A DNA stretch of 64,000 nt from a virus: positions 3,601-67,600 of IMG/VR virus record IMGVR_UViG_3300017963_000208. The stretch is one strand, 5' to 3'. Each line of letters starts with the position of its first letter. Position 1 is the first letter of the stretch. Below, piece by piece: positions 44,842 through 55,371 of the stretch. The translations under genes were made by a program, and so were the position numbers. Under the pieces are notes generated by a model, which was not told the DNA's origin, ran no database searches, and was given only the letters and a program-made list of their open reading frames with translations.

Positions 44842-47727
44842 ATGGCTAATTCTTCAATAGATTATATTGCCAAGGACTTTGATTCCATTGTTGACGCTCT
44901 GATCACTTTTGCTACAGTCAACTTTGGAGAGGACTCGGCAGGAAACCGACAGTGGACCAACTTCAATGAGGACGATTTTAGTCGTACCTGGTTGGAAATA
45001 GTGGCCTACGTCGGAGACCTAATTTTCTATTATCTAGATGTTCAAGCTACTCAAAGTAACCTAGAAACGGCCACCATTCGTTCGGCAGTTCTAGATATAG
45101 CTAAACAATTCGGATATATTGTTCCCACAGCTTCTTCGGCTTCTGGTTTAGCTACTTTTACTTTGAATACTAGCGATACCATTCCCGTGGGATTTAGAGT
45201 TTCTGCAGACAATGGGGCAGAGTTTTTCACTACTAGTAGCTCTCCGCAGGCTGGGTCTACTACGTTAAGTGTGATTCTCCCCGTTATCCAAGGTGAGCAG
45301 AGGTCTGAGACCTTTACAGCTAAGGGTGTTCAAAATGAGGAAGTAGTGCTTGGTTTCACTCCTCTCGTTATTGATACCACTAACTCGGTATCCACTCTCA
45401 GGTCTCCAAGGATCACTGTTAATGGCAACTCCTATGATCTAGTAAATACCTTTATTGACAGTTTACCCACAGATAGGCATTATAGAGTTGTTACTAATGA
45501 GGACGGACAAACAGTAATTCGTTTTGGAGATGGTATTTTTGGAGAGGCTTTGGCTCCCAACGATACTATCGTAGTGAGCTACCGCACAGGTGGGGGCACG
45601 GTAGGAAATATTCCAGCAAGTACTCTTAATACATTAGTAGACGAAGCCACCTTTATTGATTCTGTTATAAATACAGAGTCTTTCAGTGGTGGAGCGGATG
45701 ACCCAACTATTGATAGGTTAAGAGAACTGATTCCGGCTTCTCTTCAAACTTTAGAGAGAGCTGTGGCCGTAGACGATTATGGTGACATCATTGTTGCCAA
45801 TTTTAGTAACGTTCTAAAGGCTGCTGCAGAAGAGAATATAACGGACAGCGGAGTAGACGTGGATATCTATGTGGTACCGTCTGGAACGACTATCACTCCG
45901 ATTACCACGAATTTATCTCTTTTTAACAGTATAACTGATTACATAGATAAACGGAAGACAGTCACAACCACCTTTAGACTGTTGGATGCGAATGGTGTGG
46001 ACGTTGACCTTAAGTTAACGGCCTTTCTCCTAGAGGGAGCTTCACGGACTGAGGTAGCTCAGGATATCACCACCGCGTTTACGACCTTCTTTGACCTCTC
46101 TGAAGGAGATACTGACGGAGCAGGTACGAAGTTTGGTCAACGAGTACTGCTTAATGACCTCTACGCTCTACTGGATGATATTGAGGGCATTGAGCGGTTT
46201 GAAATCACTAAGTTTAACTATATCCCAAGAATAGAACCCACTACAGCGTCTGGTACTAATTATTTGCAAAGTGAGGTTGAGGTTCTGACTCCCTCTGAAC
46301 CGTCTGAATGGTTGGTGGCCTCTGAATACAATGCTGCTTCCCCGGACTACAACCCCTTTACCGTATATAAGAGACTTACCGGAACTGTTTCTAACCTGAG
46401 TGCGGACAGTTTGGCTGATGATGATTTGAATTTGGCCGTGGTAGAAAGTACAACTTCTGCAGTAAATACAGAAGGTTCTAACAACGTAGTTTTTGATAAC
46501 AGTCGCACCTTCGTAGTAGATGAGTTTGTTGGAGGAGGTTTTCTCCTAGTAGACTCTTCCAACAATATTTGGAATATCACTGATAATGATGCTCATTCTA
46601 TCATATTGGGAGCGAACGCTATTAACAATACTGTGGTTTCGGACGTATCTTCAGGCAGTTACAAAATCGTTCGAAGCATGATAGGCCAGAACCTAATCTT
46701 TCGTAACTTAGTGTTTTCTAATATAGATTTTAATACACACAATACCCTATATCGAATAGGCTCCAGTTTTGACCTTGTGGGAACCATCGGAGATGAGTTC
46801 AAAATCTCTATTCCCCAAACAAATATTGGAAACTTTGGGGCTCCTGTAACAATTACTGCTTTCACGTCAAGTACTCCCACAGCGGGGACAGGAAGAGTGA
46901 CCTTAGCGGGTAACCCGGACTTGTCATCTGTAACTGTTGGACCCTCTAGCAACTATCTATTAATTGATAGTAATTCCAATGTATTTGAAGTAATTGCAGT
47001 CGATGATATCAATAAAACTGTTGATATTATTCATCAGGCTGGGGTTACTACGGCTCCTACAGTGTCTGGAGGAAAGCCTGCTTCTTTGGCTCCCAGGTAT
47101 TATAGTGATGATTCCGAAGTGACCTTTGTCATAGGACAGGGAAATAGAGAGACTGGTATAGGTTTTCAGGCACGGGGCAATATTCAGACAGTTGACCCGG
47201 CTAATATTAGTGACGCTGAAACATTTGTATTGAACGACGGCTCTAACCCTGCGGTTACCTTTGAGTTCGAAAAGACCGGTGGAGTCGGTGGAGGCAACGT
47301 AGCGGTAGACATATCTTCGGCTACGGATGCAGAGGATGTAAGAGATATTATAGTTTCTGCCGTTAATGGAGCACCTCTATTAGCTATTACTGCTACTCCT
47401 GGTACAGCCACTAATATGGTGATTTTACAAAATGATGCTGTAGGAAGCCAAGGCAATCAGACCATAATTAACGGTGTTGCCGATGCAGGGTTTATTACTA
47501 CGGGCATGACTGGAGGTTTGGATTCGGGTAGTTTGCCTACTCCGGTAATTCCAGCTTCTGGGAAAACTTCTACAGACTTAGGTCTGGACACAGACGGCAA
47601 TGTTATTGATATTTTCGTCTTTAGAGTGTCCGGATATGTTGACGATATTATAAATCTGAGAAAAAGCGAAATTCCTGAATTTTCAGAAGATAATTTAGAA
47701 TTAGACCTTAGAGGGGGCGTAGCCTAA
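44842..47727 (+). CDS. Baseplate wedge J / gp6-like protein with extra domains
   Basis: DY..KDF..I, LETA..RSAV...AK..GY, FGDG..G, YR.GGG..GN, GGAD, RAV..DDY. Confidence 0.9.
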   Translation: MANSSIDYIAKDFDSIVDALITFATVNFGEDSAGNRQWTNFNEDDFSRTWLEIVAYVGDLIFYYLDVQATQSNLETATIRSAVLDIAKQFGYIVPTASSASGLATFTLNTSDTIPVGFRVSADNGAEFFTTSSSPQAGSTTLSVILPVIQGEQRSETFTAKGVQNEEVVLGFTPLVIDTTNSVSTLRSPRITVNGNSYDLVNTFIDSLPTDRHYRVVTNEDGQTVIRFGDGIFGEALAPNDTIVVSYRTGGGTVGNIPASTLNTLVDEATFIDSVINTESFSGGADDPTIDRLRELIPASLQTLERAVAVDDYGDIIVANFSNVLKAAAEENITDSGVDVDIYVVPSGTTITPITTNLSLFNSITDYIDKRKTVTTTFRLLDANGVDVDLKLTAFLLEGASRTEVAQDITTAFTTFFDLSEGDTDGAGTKFGQRVLLNDLYALLDDIEGIERFEITKFNYIPRIEPTTASGTNYLQSEVEVLTPSEPSEWLVASEYNAASPDYNPFTVYKRLTGTVSNLSADSLADDDLNLAVVESTTSAVNTEGSNNVVFDNSRTFVVDEFVGGGFLLVDSSNNIWNITDNDAHSIILGANAINNTVVSDVSSGSYKIVRSMIGQNLIFRNLVFSNIDFNTHNTLYRIGSSFDLVGTIGDEFKISIPQTNIGNFGAPVTITAFTSSTPTAGTGRVTLAGNPDLSSVTVGPSSNYLLIDSNSNVFEVIAVDDINKTVDIIHQAGVTTAPTVSGGKPASLAPRYYSDDSEVTFVIGQGNRETGIGFQARGNIQTVDPANISDAETFVLNDGSNPAVTFEFEKTGGVGGGNVAVDISSATDAEDVRDIIVSAVNGAPLLAITATPGTATNMVILQNDAVGSQGNQTIINGVADAGFITTGMTGGLDSGSLPTPVIPASGKTSTDLGLDTDGNVIDIFVFRVSGYVDDIINLRKSEIPEFSEDNLELDLRGGVA

Positions 47728-50700
47728 TGTCTACTTTGACCATCACTAGACCGCCACAATTTTTAGATCCCTGGTTTGCAGAAATTGAGCAAGTATGGGA
47801 CGAACTTGAAGCGGCTACTAACGACCAAGAGACGAGGATTGGGAATCTAGAGATAGCTATAGTCTCAGATGTGGTCACCTCTCTGTCTGCTCAAGGGGAA
47901 CCTGCTCTTACAGGTCCTGTTGTTCTAGATAAGGGAGATGATATTACTCTCACACAGGTGGGCAATACTATTACCATCGGTGGAGGTACTTTAGACCACG
48001 GAAATCTGACTCCTGCTACTCTTTTAGATGATGACCATACCATCTATCTGCTTGCAGATGGTACGAGATCTCTTACTGGAAATATGAGTCATGGTTTAAC
48101 CCAGGCTCTAAACTTTAGAGTTGAAGGATTTGCAGTTCCTCCCGCAGCAGGTAACCAGGGACGTTTAATATTTAACCAAACGACTGGTAGATTAATGATA
48201 GACGATGGGTCTGCTTTCATTGATTCTGGTGTTACGGTCCATGCTGACTTGACTGGATTAGGTGCAGACGACCACACCCAGTACGCAAGAACAGACGGTA
48301 CCAGAGATATTACTGGAGACCAGACCTATTTACAAGACATTATAGTTACTGGCCAATACCAAGCTCCCGCCACAGAGACCTGGGAAGCCTATTCACAAGA
48401 AGATGATGGAGGTTCTGCTCTAGCATTTCTTATGGATACAGCTAACCTCATGGATACGGCTGGATCGCAGGTACTGGCAGTTAGAAATGCAGGAAATGAA
48501 TTTTTTGCTATACTTAGAGATTCTGACCCGAGCCCCCTGGGGACCTTCTCTGATGAGCATGTAATTAAACTTACTGAAAAGACAGGTTCTGATGTAGGTT
48601 ATTTAGCAATGACTACCGACCCAGCACTGGTTCTACTAGGTGTGGATGGGGTTGCTGTCAATGCTATCTCAGTAGATGCTTCTGGTGATTATCTGGGCGC
48701 AGTTCAGTTGGATGGTGATGGTCCCACCCACGCTGCTCTTTTGGCTCAAGATTTAGATGGTTCCGGTTCTCCCAAAGCTGAGGTATCGGCAGAAGATACT
48801 ATTGGTGGTGGAGAAAAAGCTGAGTTTACAGCTAGTTTAGCTGCTGGCGTTGACCCTCTCGGAAGGGTTAGAGCTACAAATGGTGCGGTAACTGCTTATG
48901 CTGACCATGTATCTCAGCTCGATGGAATTAATCCAGAGGCTTGGGTAAAAAGTACTTCTGGATCAGAAACTGCTAAAACAGAAGCTAGTTTTGATGGCTC
49001 GACGGTCCCTTTTGTGGAGTTAGAAGTCGCAGCCACTGCCGGTACAGATAAGCTTCTGATAAAGAACGCTGAATTTGATTTTCAAGTAGATTCTAATTCT
49101 GAACTACAGATTAGAGCTGGAGAAGTAGAGGTTTTTGGTACCTTAATTGGTGGCTCTTCCCCATTCTTAATCGAGTCTAAGGAAACAGACGGAGCTTCGG
49201 CTATTGCATTCACCCTAGATACTCAAAACGCTATAGCCAATGACGACGCTAAATTGTTGAGTTTACAGACAAATAGCGTTGAGAAAGCATATATAGGTGA
49301 GGATGGTAAAGCATGGCTTCCCGGAATTGTCTTGGGACGTCAGACAGGAGATCCTATAAGCAATACCGAAGGTGAGGGACTTTATGTAGATAACAACGGT
49401 GATCTTCAGTATCATGGACCAAATGATAATCTGGTACAGATAACGGATGGGGATGACCTAGTTAGTAGCCTAACCTCGGATACCTCTCTTTCGGCTTTTA
49501 TCGACAGAGATGACGACTCGACTACAGAAACTTTTACTATTTATCATAATACTTTGACTCCCAATCCTGGTGACGAATTGCTCCAGGTTAGAGAGAATGG
49601 TGAAGTTGAAATATATGGAGGTCCTCTGATTGGTGGTTCGTCTACTTTTGAACTACGGTCGAAAGAAGCAGATGGAGCCTCAGCGGTTGGATTTACACTA
49701 AATACTCAGAATAACTTAGCAAATGCTGCCGCAAAGATTCTTAGCCTCCAGAATAACTCTTCGGAGAAAGCATATTTCGGAGAAGATGGGAAAGCCTGGG
49801 TGCCAGCAGTTGTTTTAGACAGACAATCTAGTGATCCTATTGGCGCTGCAGAAGGGGAGGGTATATACTCTGATTCTTCTGGAGACCTTTACTATCACGG
49901 GCCTAATGATAATACCGTCCAAATTACTGACGGAGATATCATGGCTGGCAGCTTTGTAACCATCGTTCAGCCTGGTTCTTCAGCCAGTTCTGAAATACTA
50001 GCAGCCATAAACGCTGCAGGAACGGCTGGCGGAGGTATCGTACAACTCCTCGCTGGTACTTACGAAATTGATAGTGTCATGAATGTGGCAGTAGGAACTA
50101 GCAACGTTACTCTACAAGGTGTGGGAGATGCCACAGTACTGGAACACGATGGAGTAATTACGGGCAACCTATTGCAGTTCACAAGTTTGACAATAGCTAA
50201 CAATATTAGTATTAACAACGTCACCAAAGGTGACACTTCTATTTACGCTACCACACCAGCCCAAGCAGGATCAGTTCAAACAGGAGATATCATTTTCTTG
50301 AAGGGTACGGATTCTGGCACAGAGATAGACGCAGAAGCACATGAAGCAGCAGCTAATGGTAATGGTACTACGGGCGAGATTCAATTAAAACGGAATGTAC
50401 AAAGAACCATGACCTCAGTAACTACTCAGATTTATAGAGGCGGTGAGGGTATAAAGATTCGAGATCTCAAATTTACGACCTCTGGAGCAGTTGCAGGCAC
50501 GGCAGCTATTGAACTAGACCAAACCAAAGATGCTGTTATTGAGAATATAACCATTCAGGATTGGATGCTAGCACAAACCAGTGATATGATTACTATGGGT
50601 AGTCACGGCATCAACAATTCCTTGCAGGGATGTAAATTTATTGGATGTAATGATGATTGTATTTTAACGTCTGATCAGATTGATATGAAAGTCAAAGATT

Positions 50701-51425
50701 GTCTGTTTCAGGACGTAGCCCAATCTAAATCTATCGGCATCGCGGCCCTGAATCTAAGCGGAATCTGTGTGGATACTGAGATTATTAGAAATGAATTCAA
50801 AACCGTTGGTGGAATTGGGGTGAAAATCTTCGCAGCCAATCAAAGAAGGACAGCTATCTCAGCTAATCAGTTCTATGATATCTGGGAAACCGGTATTTAT
50901 GCAGAGAAAGAAGCTGTGATTGCTAATAACTATATGGAGAGTCTTGGGGCCGCTTCTGGAACCCAGGGAGCCATAACAGTTAACGGCAACGGAAATGATG
51001 TAGTCATTCAAGGCAACCATATTAAGGATTTTAATCTAGGAATTCTGGTTGGAGCTTTAGCCTCTAGTATAGTTGTAGATGGAAATGTCTTACGTACCGG
51101 TACCGACACCGGAATTTCCTGTGATGGTACTTTCTGTACTGTGACTGGAAATACTGTTCAGGGGGCTTACTTCGGAATGTTGGTGGCCAGAGTAGGAAAT
51201 GTTGTCTCTGGTAATATCTGTAGAAGTAGTGGCTTAGATGGTATTTTAGTTTCCGGAACAGCAGATACTTGTGTTATTTCAAATAACGTTTGTCAAAGCA
51301 ACGGTGATAATGGTATTGAATTACAAGCGTCATCGGTTGATTGTATCGTTTCAGGCAATAACTGCAACGGAGATGGTATTACTAACAACGGTACAGGCAA
51401 CAACTTAGCTAATAATATGGAGTAA
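47727..51425 (+). CDS. Long receptor-binding protein / tailspike with beta-helix
   Basis: DDHT.Y...DG.R repeats, internal ~115-aa duplication, GGG.V.L..GTY cap, many N/G-rich beta-helix rungs. Confidence 0.85.
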   Translation: MSTLTITRPPQFLDPWFAEIEQVWDELEAATNDQETRIGNLEIAIVSDVVTSLSAQGEPALTGPVVLDKGDDITLTQVGNTITIGGGTLDHGNLTPATLLDDDHTIYLLADGTRSLTGNMSHGLTQALNFRVEGFAVPPAAGNQGRLIFNQTTGRLMIDDGSAFIDSGVTVHADLTGLGADDHTQYARTDGTRDITGDQTYLQDIIVTGQYQAPATETWEAYSQEDDGGSALAFLMDTANLMDTAGSQVLAVRNAGNEFFAILRDSDPSPLGTFSDEHVIKLTEKTGSDVGYLAMTTDPALVLLGVDGVAVNAISVDASGDYLGAVQLDGDGPTHAALLAQDLDGSGSPKAEVSAEDTIGGGEKAEFTASLAAGVDPLGRVRATNGAVTAYADHVSQLDGINPEAWVKSTSGSETAKTEASFDGSTVPFVELEVAATAGTDKLLIKNAEFDFQVDSNSELQIRAGEVEVFGTLIGGSSPFLIESKETDGASAIAFTLDTQNAIANDDAKLLSLQTNSVEKAYIGEDGKAWLPGIVLGRQTGDPISNTEGEGLYVDNNGDLQYHGPNDNLVQITDGDDLVSSLTSDTSLSAFIDRDDDSTTETFTIYHNTLTPNPGDELLQVRENGEVEIYGGPLIGGSSTFELRSKEADGASAVGFTLNTQNNLANAAAKILSLQNNSSEKAYFGEDGKAWVPAVVLDRQSSDPIGAAEGEGIYSDSSGDLYYHGPNDNTVQITDGDIMAGSFVTIVQPGSSASSEILAAINAAGTAGGGIVQLLAGTYEIDSVMNVAVGTSNVTLQGVGDATVLEHDGVITGNLLQFTSLTIANNISINNVTKGDTSIYATTPAQAGSVQTGDIIFLKGTDSGTEIDAEAHEAAANGNGTTGEIQLKRNVQRTMTSVTTQIYRGGEGIKIRDLKFTTSGAVAGTAAIELDQTKDAVIENITIQDWMLAQTSDMITMGSHGINNSLQGCKFIGCNDDCILTSDQIDMKVKDCLFQDVAQSKSIGIAALNLSGICVDTEIIRNEFKTVGGIGVKIFAANQRRTAISANQFYDIWETGIYAEKEAVIANNYMESLGAASGTQGAITVNGNGNDVVIQGNHIKDFNLGILVGALASSIVVDGNVLRTGTDTGISCDGTFCTVTGNTVQGAYFGMLVARVGNVVSGNICRSSGLDGILVSGTADTCVISNNVCQSNGDNGIELQASSVDCIVSGNNCNGDGITNNGTGNNLANNME

Positions 51426-51427
51426 AT

Positions 51428-53101
51428 ATGGCAGATCAACCTATTAAAAATATTAGCGGAGAAGTAGACGGGGCTAGTACAGAAGGTCACGTTTTCGATA
51501 CCGAAGAGACCTATACTACTCCAGGTGCTAAAGTTGCAGTATTTAAAACCGGGGGCAACACGGTCGCGTCTATCGCTAGAGATGGAACTATTAGTTCTGC
51601 AAATGAAGTCTTGGTTTCTCCTGACGAGGGATTTGCAGGCATCGATTCCGCCGTAACATCCCTAAACGCTTCAGGTGGAGGTAAGATTGTTCTTCTGGAT
51701 GGGGAATATAGTATGGGATCTTCTCTATATACCTGGACAGAAATAGAGAATATTGAAATAGTAGGAAAGGGTGACGCTACAAAAATAATGCTGGATACCT
51801 CCCCAGGAGTTCCTTTGTTCATTACTGGAACAGTCAAGGGAACTACCAGTGTACCAGTCAATGATACGACCGCAGGAGATACCAGCATTACCTTCACTAC
51901 CCCGGCTAACGCAGGAACTTACTTAAAAGGATACTGGATTAGTCTCGCTCTAACAGATGATGAGACTGGGGATAGTCAGTGTGAGTTAGTTAAGGTAGCG
52001 GCTGATGGAAACCCCGGCACAGGGGTAGTTGACTTAGAGTGGCCAGTGGGTAGAGACGGAACCAGTGTTACTGCGTGGGGCTGCAAACCTGCAGAAAATA
52101 TTAAGATTAGTAATCTAAGATTCATTAGAGAGAATGCTCCTGGCGGTACTGAAAGATTTATGGATCTTCAATATCTATTCAATTTTACTCTAGATAGTGT
52201 ATCCTTTGAGACAGACGATGCTACTGGAGCGAGTGATCATGCTTTTAGGTCTACGGGTTACAGCGGATTTTGGCATGTGCATAGAAATAGAATTGTTAAT
52301 ACCACTCGAATGGGAATGCACATAACAGGTACCTCCTATTCAGAGTTTACTAACAATTATTTTATGAATTCCTGTCAATCAGATTTTTCCGACAGTTCTT
52401 GTATATGGATTTCGGGCAGAGTTCGACATACTCTTGTAAAAAATAATCAATTTGTATATTCCAAACAGTATGGGGTACGTTTTGATGCTACTTCAGGATA
52501 CTCTCCTTACTTCATGACTATCAAAGATAATGAATTTTTAGGTATCGAAAACACAGCTATAAACATAGGAGCTACCAAAGATACTATAATCGAGGGAAAT
52601 AAAGGAGATTGGGGAGGCTTTCAAAAATCTGGCAGCGGGGTAGGCGTCTCCATGGCCGGAGCAGAAAGATGTCGCATCACTAATAATACTTTTGTAGGAT
52701 GTGCGTTCGGTATCGGAGTGTCTACGGCCTCCAAATGTACCATAAACCACAATACTATATATGGTAGATATTATGGAGACGGTATCTCCTGTGGTGGAAA
52801 TGGAAATAACATTTCAAATAACGTTATTACTAATGTGGGTTATGGAATTACTGTAGGAAGTGACGCTCAACGCAATGTCATTTCTAGTAATACAGTAGTA
52901 GATGTAGGGAGTACTCATGCAATCCGAGTTAATACGACAGCACATAATAACGTTTTTATAGGAAATGTTCTGATGGGTTGCAACAATGCAATTAATTTGG
53001 CCGCAACAACCTATGATAATATAATGATAGGTAACCAAGGTGGGGAAGAAGGTATTGTTGACGCCGGAACTAACAATCAACAAATAGGGAACTTTGTATA
53101 A
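51428..53101 (+). CDS. Tailspike 2 (pectate-lyase-like beta-helix)
   Basis: GGG.IVL.DG.Y cap and I.NN.I/GN repeats. Confidence 0.85.
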   Translation: MADQPIKNISGEVDGASTEGHVFDTEETYTTPGAKVAVFKTGGNTVASIARDGTISSANEVLVSPDEGFAGIDSAVTSLNASGGGKIVLLDGEYSMGSSLYTWTEIENIEIVGKGDATKIMLDTSPGVPLFITGTVKGTTSVPVNDTTAGDTSITFTTPANAGTYLKGYWISLALTDDETGDSQCELVKVAADGNPGTGVVDLEWPVGRDGTSVTAWGCKPAENIKISNLRFIRENAPGGTERFMDLQYLFNFTLDSVSFETDDATGASDHAFRSTGYSGFWHVHRNRIVNTTRMGMHITGTSYSEFTNNYFMNSCQSDFSDSSCIWISGRVRHTLVKNNQFVYSKQYGVRFDATSGYSPYFMTIKDNEFLGIENTAINIGATKDTIIEGNKGDWGGFQKSGSGVGVSMAGAERCRITNNTFVGCAFGIGVSTASKCTINHNTIYGRYYGDGISCGGNGNNISNNVITNVGYGITVGSDAQRNVISSNTVVDVGSTHAIRVNTTAHNNVFIGNVLMGCNNAINLAATTYDNIMIGNQGGEEGIVDAGTNNQQIGNFV

Positions 53102-55053
53102 TGGCTAATAAACCAGTAGAAATTAAAGGGGGATTCCCGGATGGGGCGTTGGCCGAAGCTGTATCGGTGGATACCAACACTACCTATTCGGATGATGACT
53201 CAAAAATATTAGTAATTAAAAATAATGGGAGCGAAGTAGCCCATTTTAAGAAAGATGGTTCCCTTTCAAATGCTGCCGTGGTGACTGTCCTTCCCGGAGA
53301 GGGCGGAGCAGGTATTCAGGCAGCCATCAATACCGTACATGCTACAGGGGGTGGAATTGTACAGTTATTAGAGGGAACCTATAACGTTACTTCCAATATT
53401 ATTCCTACTTTAGGGGCAAGCAATATTGATATACGTGGGATGGGTGATTCTACCGTTCTTAAAGTATTCGGGGCTAGCGTTAGTTGTTTTAATTTTCAAC
53501 CCCTAAATGGTGGAAACTGGCCATTAAATAACCCAACCGCTGCAGATACTAGCATATATACTACTACCGCTTCTCATGCAGGGTCTACTTTAGAGGGAGA
53601 GTGGGTTATTTTATTCGGCACTGATTCAAGTGGAAATCCAGTTCGTGAATGGAACTTTGCAGCAGCCGATGGTAATCCCGCCACAGGTGAGATTCAATTA
53701 GTGAATCCAGTTGTTACGACCATGACTTCTGTTACTTTGTATAGTGGGACTGGGAATATAAATAACTCATTTAGTAATATGAAAATTTTAGCGGATACTG
53801 CTACATATCCATCTGCTATTACCAACGTAAACCCTATTAGACACCGTTATGAAAACATAAACTTTGTTGGAAATTTTGAACACGGTCTTCGCTTGGTAAG
53901 TCCTGGTTTTAGTAATGTTATTTCTCGCTGTCTAATGAATGATGTTGACAAAAACCCTATTCAATTAGTTAGTCAATTTCAGGTTATTATTGAAAAGTGT
54001 TGGATTAGAGATTGTGCTGCTTTAAACCTCGAAAATAGTCACGATGTTGATGTTGAAAAGTGCTTTATTATTGATAGTAGAGGTTCTGGTATTGATGCTA
54101 CTGGTCTTAATCGTCGCTCTAAAATACGTGGTTGCAGCATTGTAAATCCTGCGGGGATTTTGATAGAAGCTGGCGATTTAGAATGTACTATTGCAGACTG
54201 TCACTTTGTAGATGGAACTAATATATCTTGTAGTGCTGGTAAGCATATCGATATTGTCGGTAATATGTTCCTTCGCTGTACAAGCATGGTGAGTGGTCAG
54301 ACCGCAGAATATATAACTGCAGTAGGGAATACTGGAAAAGAGATTTCAGGATCTGCCTTTGTTGGAGGCACAAATTATTTTGTAGTCAAAGGAAATAATG
54401 TTGATCTTGGTGGCGATGCGTATGAAGGCTCTTGCGATTATTTAATTTTCGAGGGAAATACCATTCAAGGTGGTTTTAGAGGTGTTCGCCTTTTGGGCGA
54501 TTATGCAATGGTTCAGGGAAATACCTTTATTGGAAATACACAAGATGTTACGGTTGTATCTGGTGTAGGTCATTATATTGGTCCTAACCAATTTGGTACC
54601 ACTAGAAATTTTGTAAATCAAGGCCAGGTAGATGTTGCTCAAGTAACCACTAAACGAGTTACTAAGGCATTCGATGAAACAGATTTTGCAGCGGCTGCTC
54701 TAACTAATGATATTGAAATATTCTCTCTTCCAGCTAAAGCAAGTTTAGTGGATATTTATGCAGAAGTTACACAGAGATTCTTGGGTGGTTCCATATCTTC
54801 ATACACTATTTCGGTAGGAATTTCTGGGTCATTGACTAAGTATATGTTAGCAAATGATTGCTATACTGCAACGACTATGCATGAAGATTCTACTAAAAAA
54901 GGTACAGCTCTCACAACTACTGGAAATTCTAATGTTGAAAGCTCATCTGCGGCCACGAGTATTAGAGCACAAGCCACTAGTGTTGGAGATAATTTAGATC
55001 AAGCAACTGGTGGTACAATTAAATTTTATATAACCTATAGAGACATAGTGTAA
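53101..55053 (+). CDS. Tailspike 3 (beta-helix plus C-terminal beta-sandwich)
   Basis: GGGIVQL.EGTY cap, Cys-containing rungs, extra ~130-aa C-terminal domain. Confidence 0.85.
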   Translation: MANKPVEIKGGFPDGALAEAVSVDTNTTYSDDDSKILVIKNNGSEVAHFKKDGSLSNAAVVTVLPGEGGAGIQAAINTVHATGGGIVQLLEGTYNVTSNIIPTLGASNIDIRGMGDSTVLKVFGASVSCFNFQPLNGGNWPLNNPTAADTSIYTTTASHAGSTLEGEWVILFGTDSSGNPVREWNFAAADGNPATGEIQLVNPVVTTMTSVTLYSGTGNINNSFSNMKILADTATYPSAITNVNPIRHRYENINFVGNFEHGLRLVSPGFSNVISRCLMNDVDKNPIQLVSQFQVIIEKCWIRDCAALNLENSHDVDVEKCFIIDSRGSGIDATGLNRRSKIRGCSIVNPAGILIEAGDLECTIADCHFVDGTNISCSAGKHIDIVGNMFLRCTSMVSGQTAEYITAVGNTGKEISGSAFVGGTNYFVVKGNNVDLGGDAYEGSCDYLIFEGNTIQGGFRGVRLLGDYAMVQGNTFIGNTQDVTVVSGVGHYIGPNQFGTTRNFVNQGQVDVAQVTTKRVTKAFDETDFAAAALTNDIEIFSLPAKASLVDIYAEVTQRFLGGSISSYTISVGISGSLTKYMLANDCYTATTMHEDSTKKGTALTTTGNSNVESSSAATSIRAQATSVGDNLDQATGGTIKFYITYRDIV

Positions 55054-55064
55054 GGAGACACACG

Positions 55065-55358
55065 ATGGCTTTAGAAAAAACCTTAACCACTCCTGAGGCA
55101 CAACCTAGTCTGACTAAGGTTCGGATGTATATTAAGGAAGTTAATCCAGATAAGAAACTCCTTAAAGTGGAACTTCACAAAGGTTTTCTAGATGAAAGTA
55201 TCTTCAAAACTGTTAAAATTATTCCTGTATTTATTGTAAAGGACGAATATGATTCTGTAATGGATACTGAAGGTGCTACTGGCACAGCCGTAAGAGAGAC
55301 CTTAGCAGAAGCTATTTGGACTTGGTTACAGACAAACGGTCATATTGACGTACAATAA
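55065..55358 (+). CDS. Hypothetical protein (possible fibre assembly factor)
   Basis: AAGGAG RBS, follows tailspikes. Confidence 0.6.
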   Translation: MALEKTLTTPEAQPSLTKVRMYIKEVNPDKKLLKVELHKGFLDESIFKTVKIIPVFIVKDEYDSVMDTEGATGTAVRETLAEAIWTWLQTNGHIDVQ

Positions 55359-55371
55359 TAAGGAGTAGTTT

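Noticed and set aside
32461-47727. Extracellular contractile injection system or tailocin
   Set aside because: Terminase, portal, scaffold and capsid genes are in the same operon; this is a phage tail.
49100-49937. Diversity-generating retroelement TR/VR pair
   Set aside because: Differences between the repeats are not adenine-specific, both copies are in one ORF, and no reverse transcriptase is in the window.
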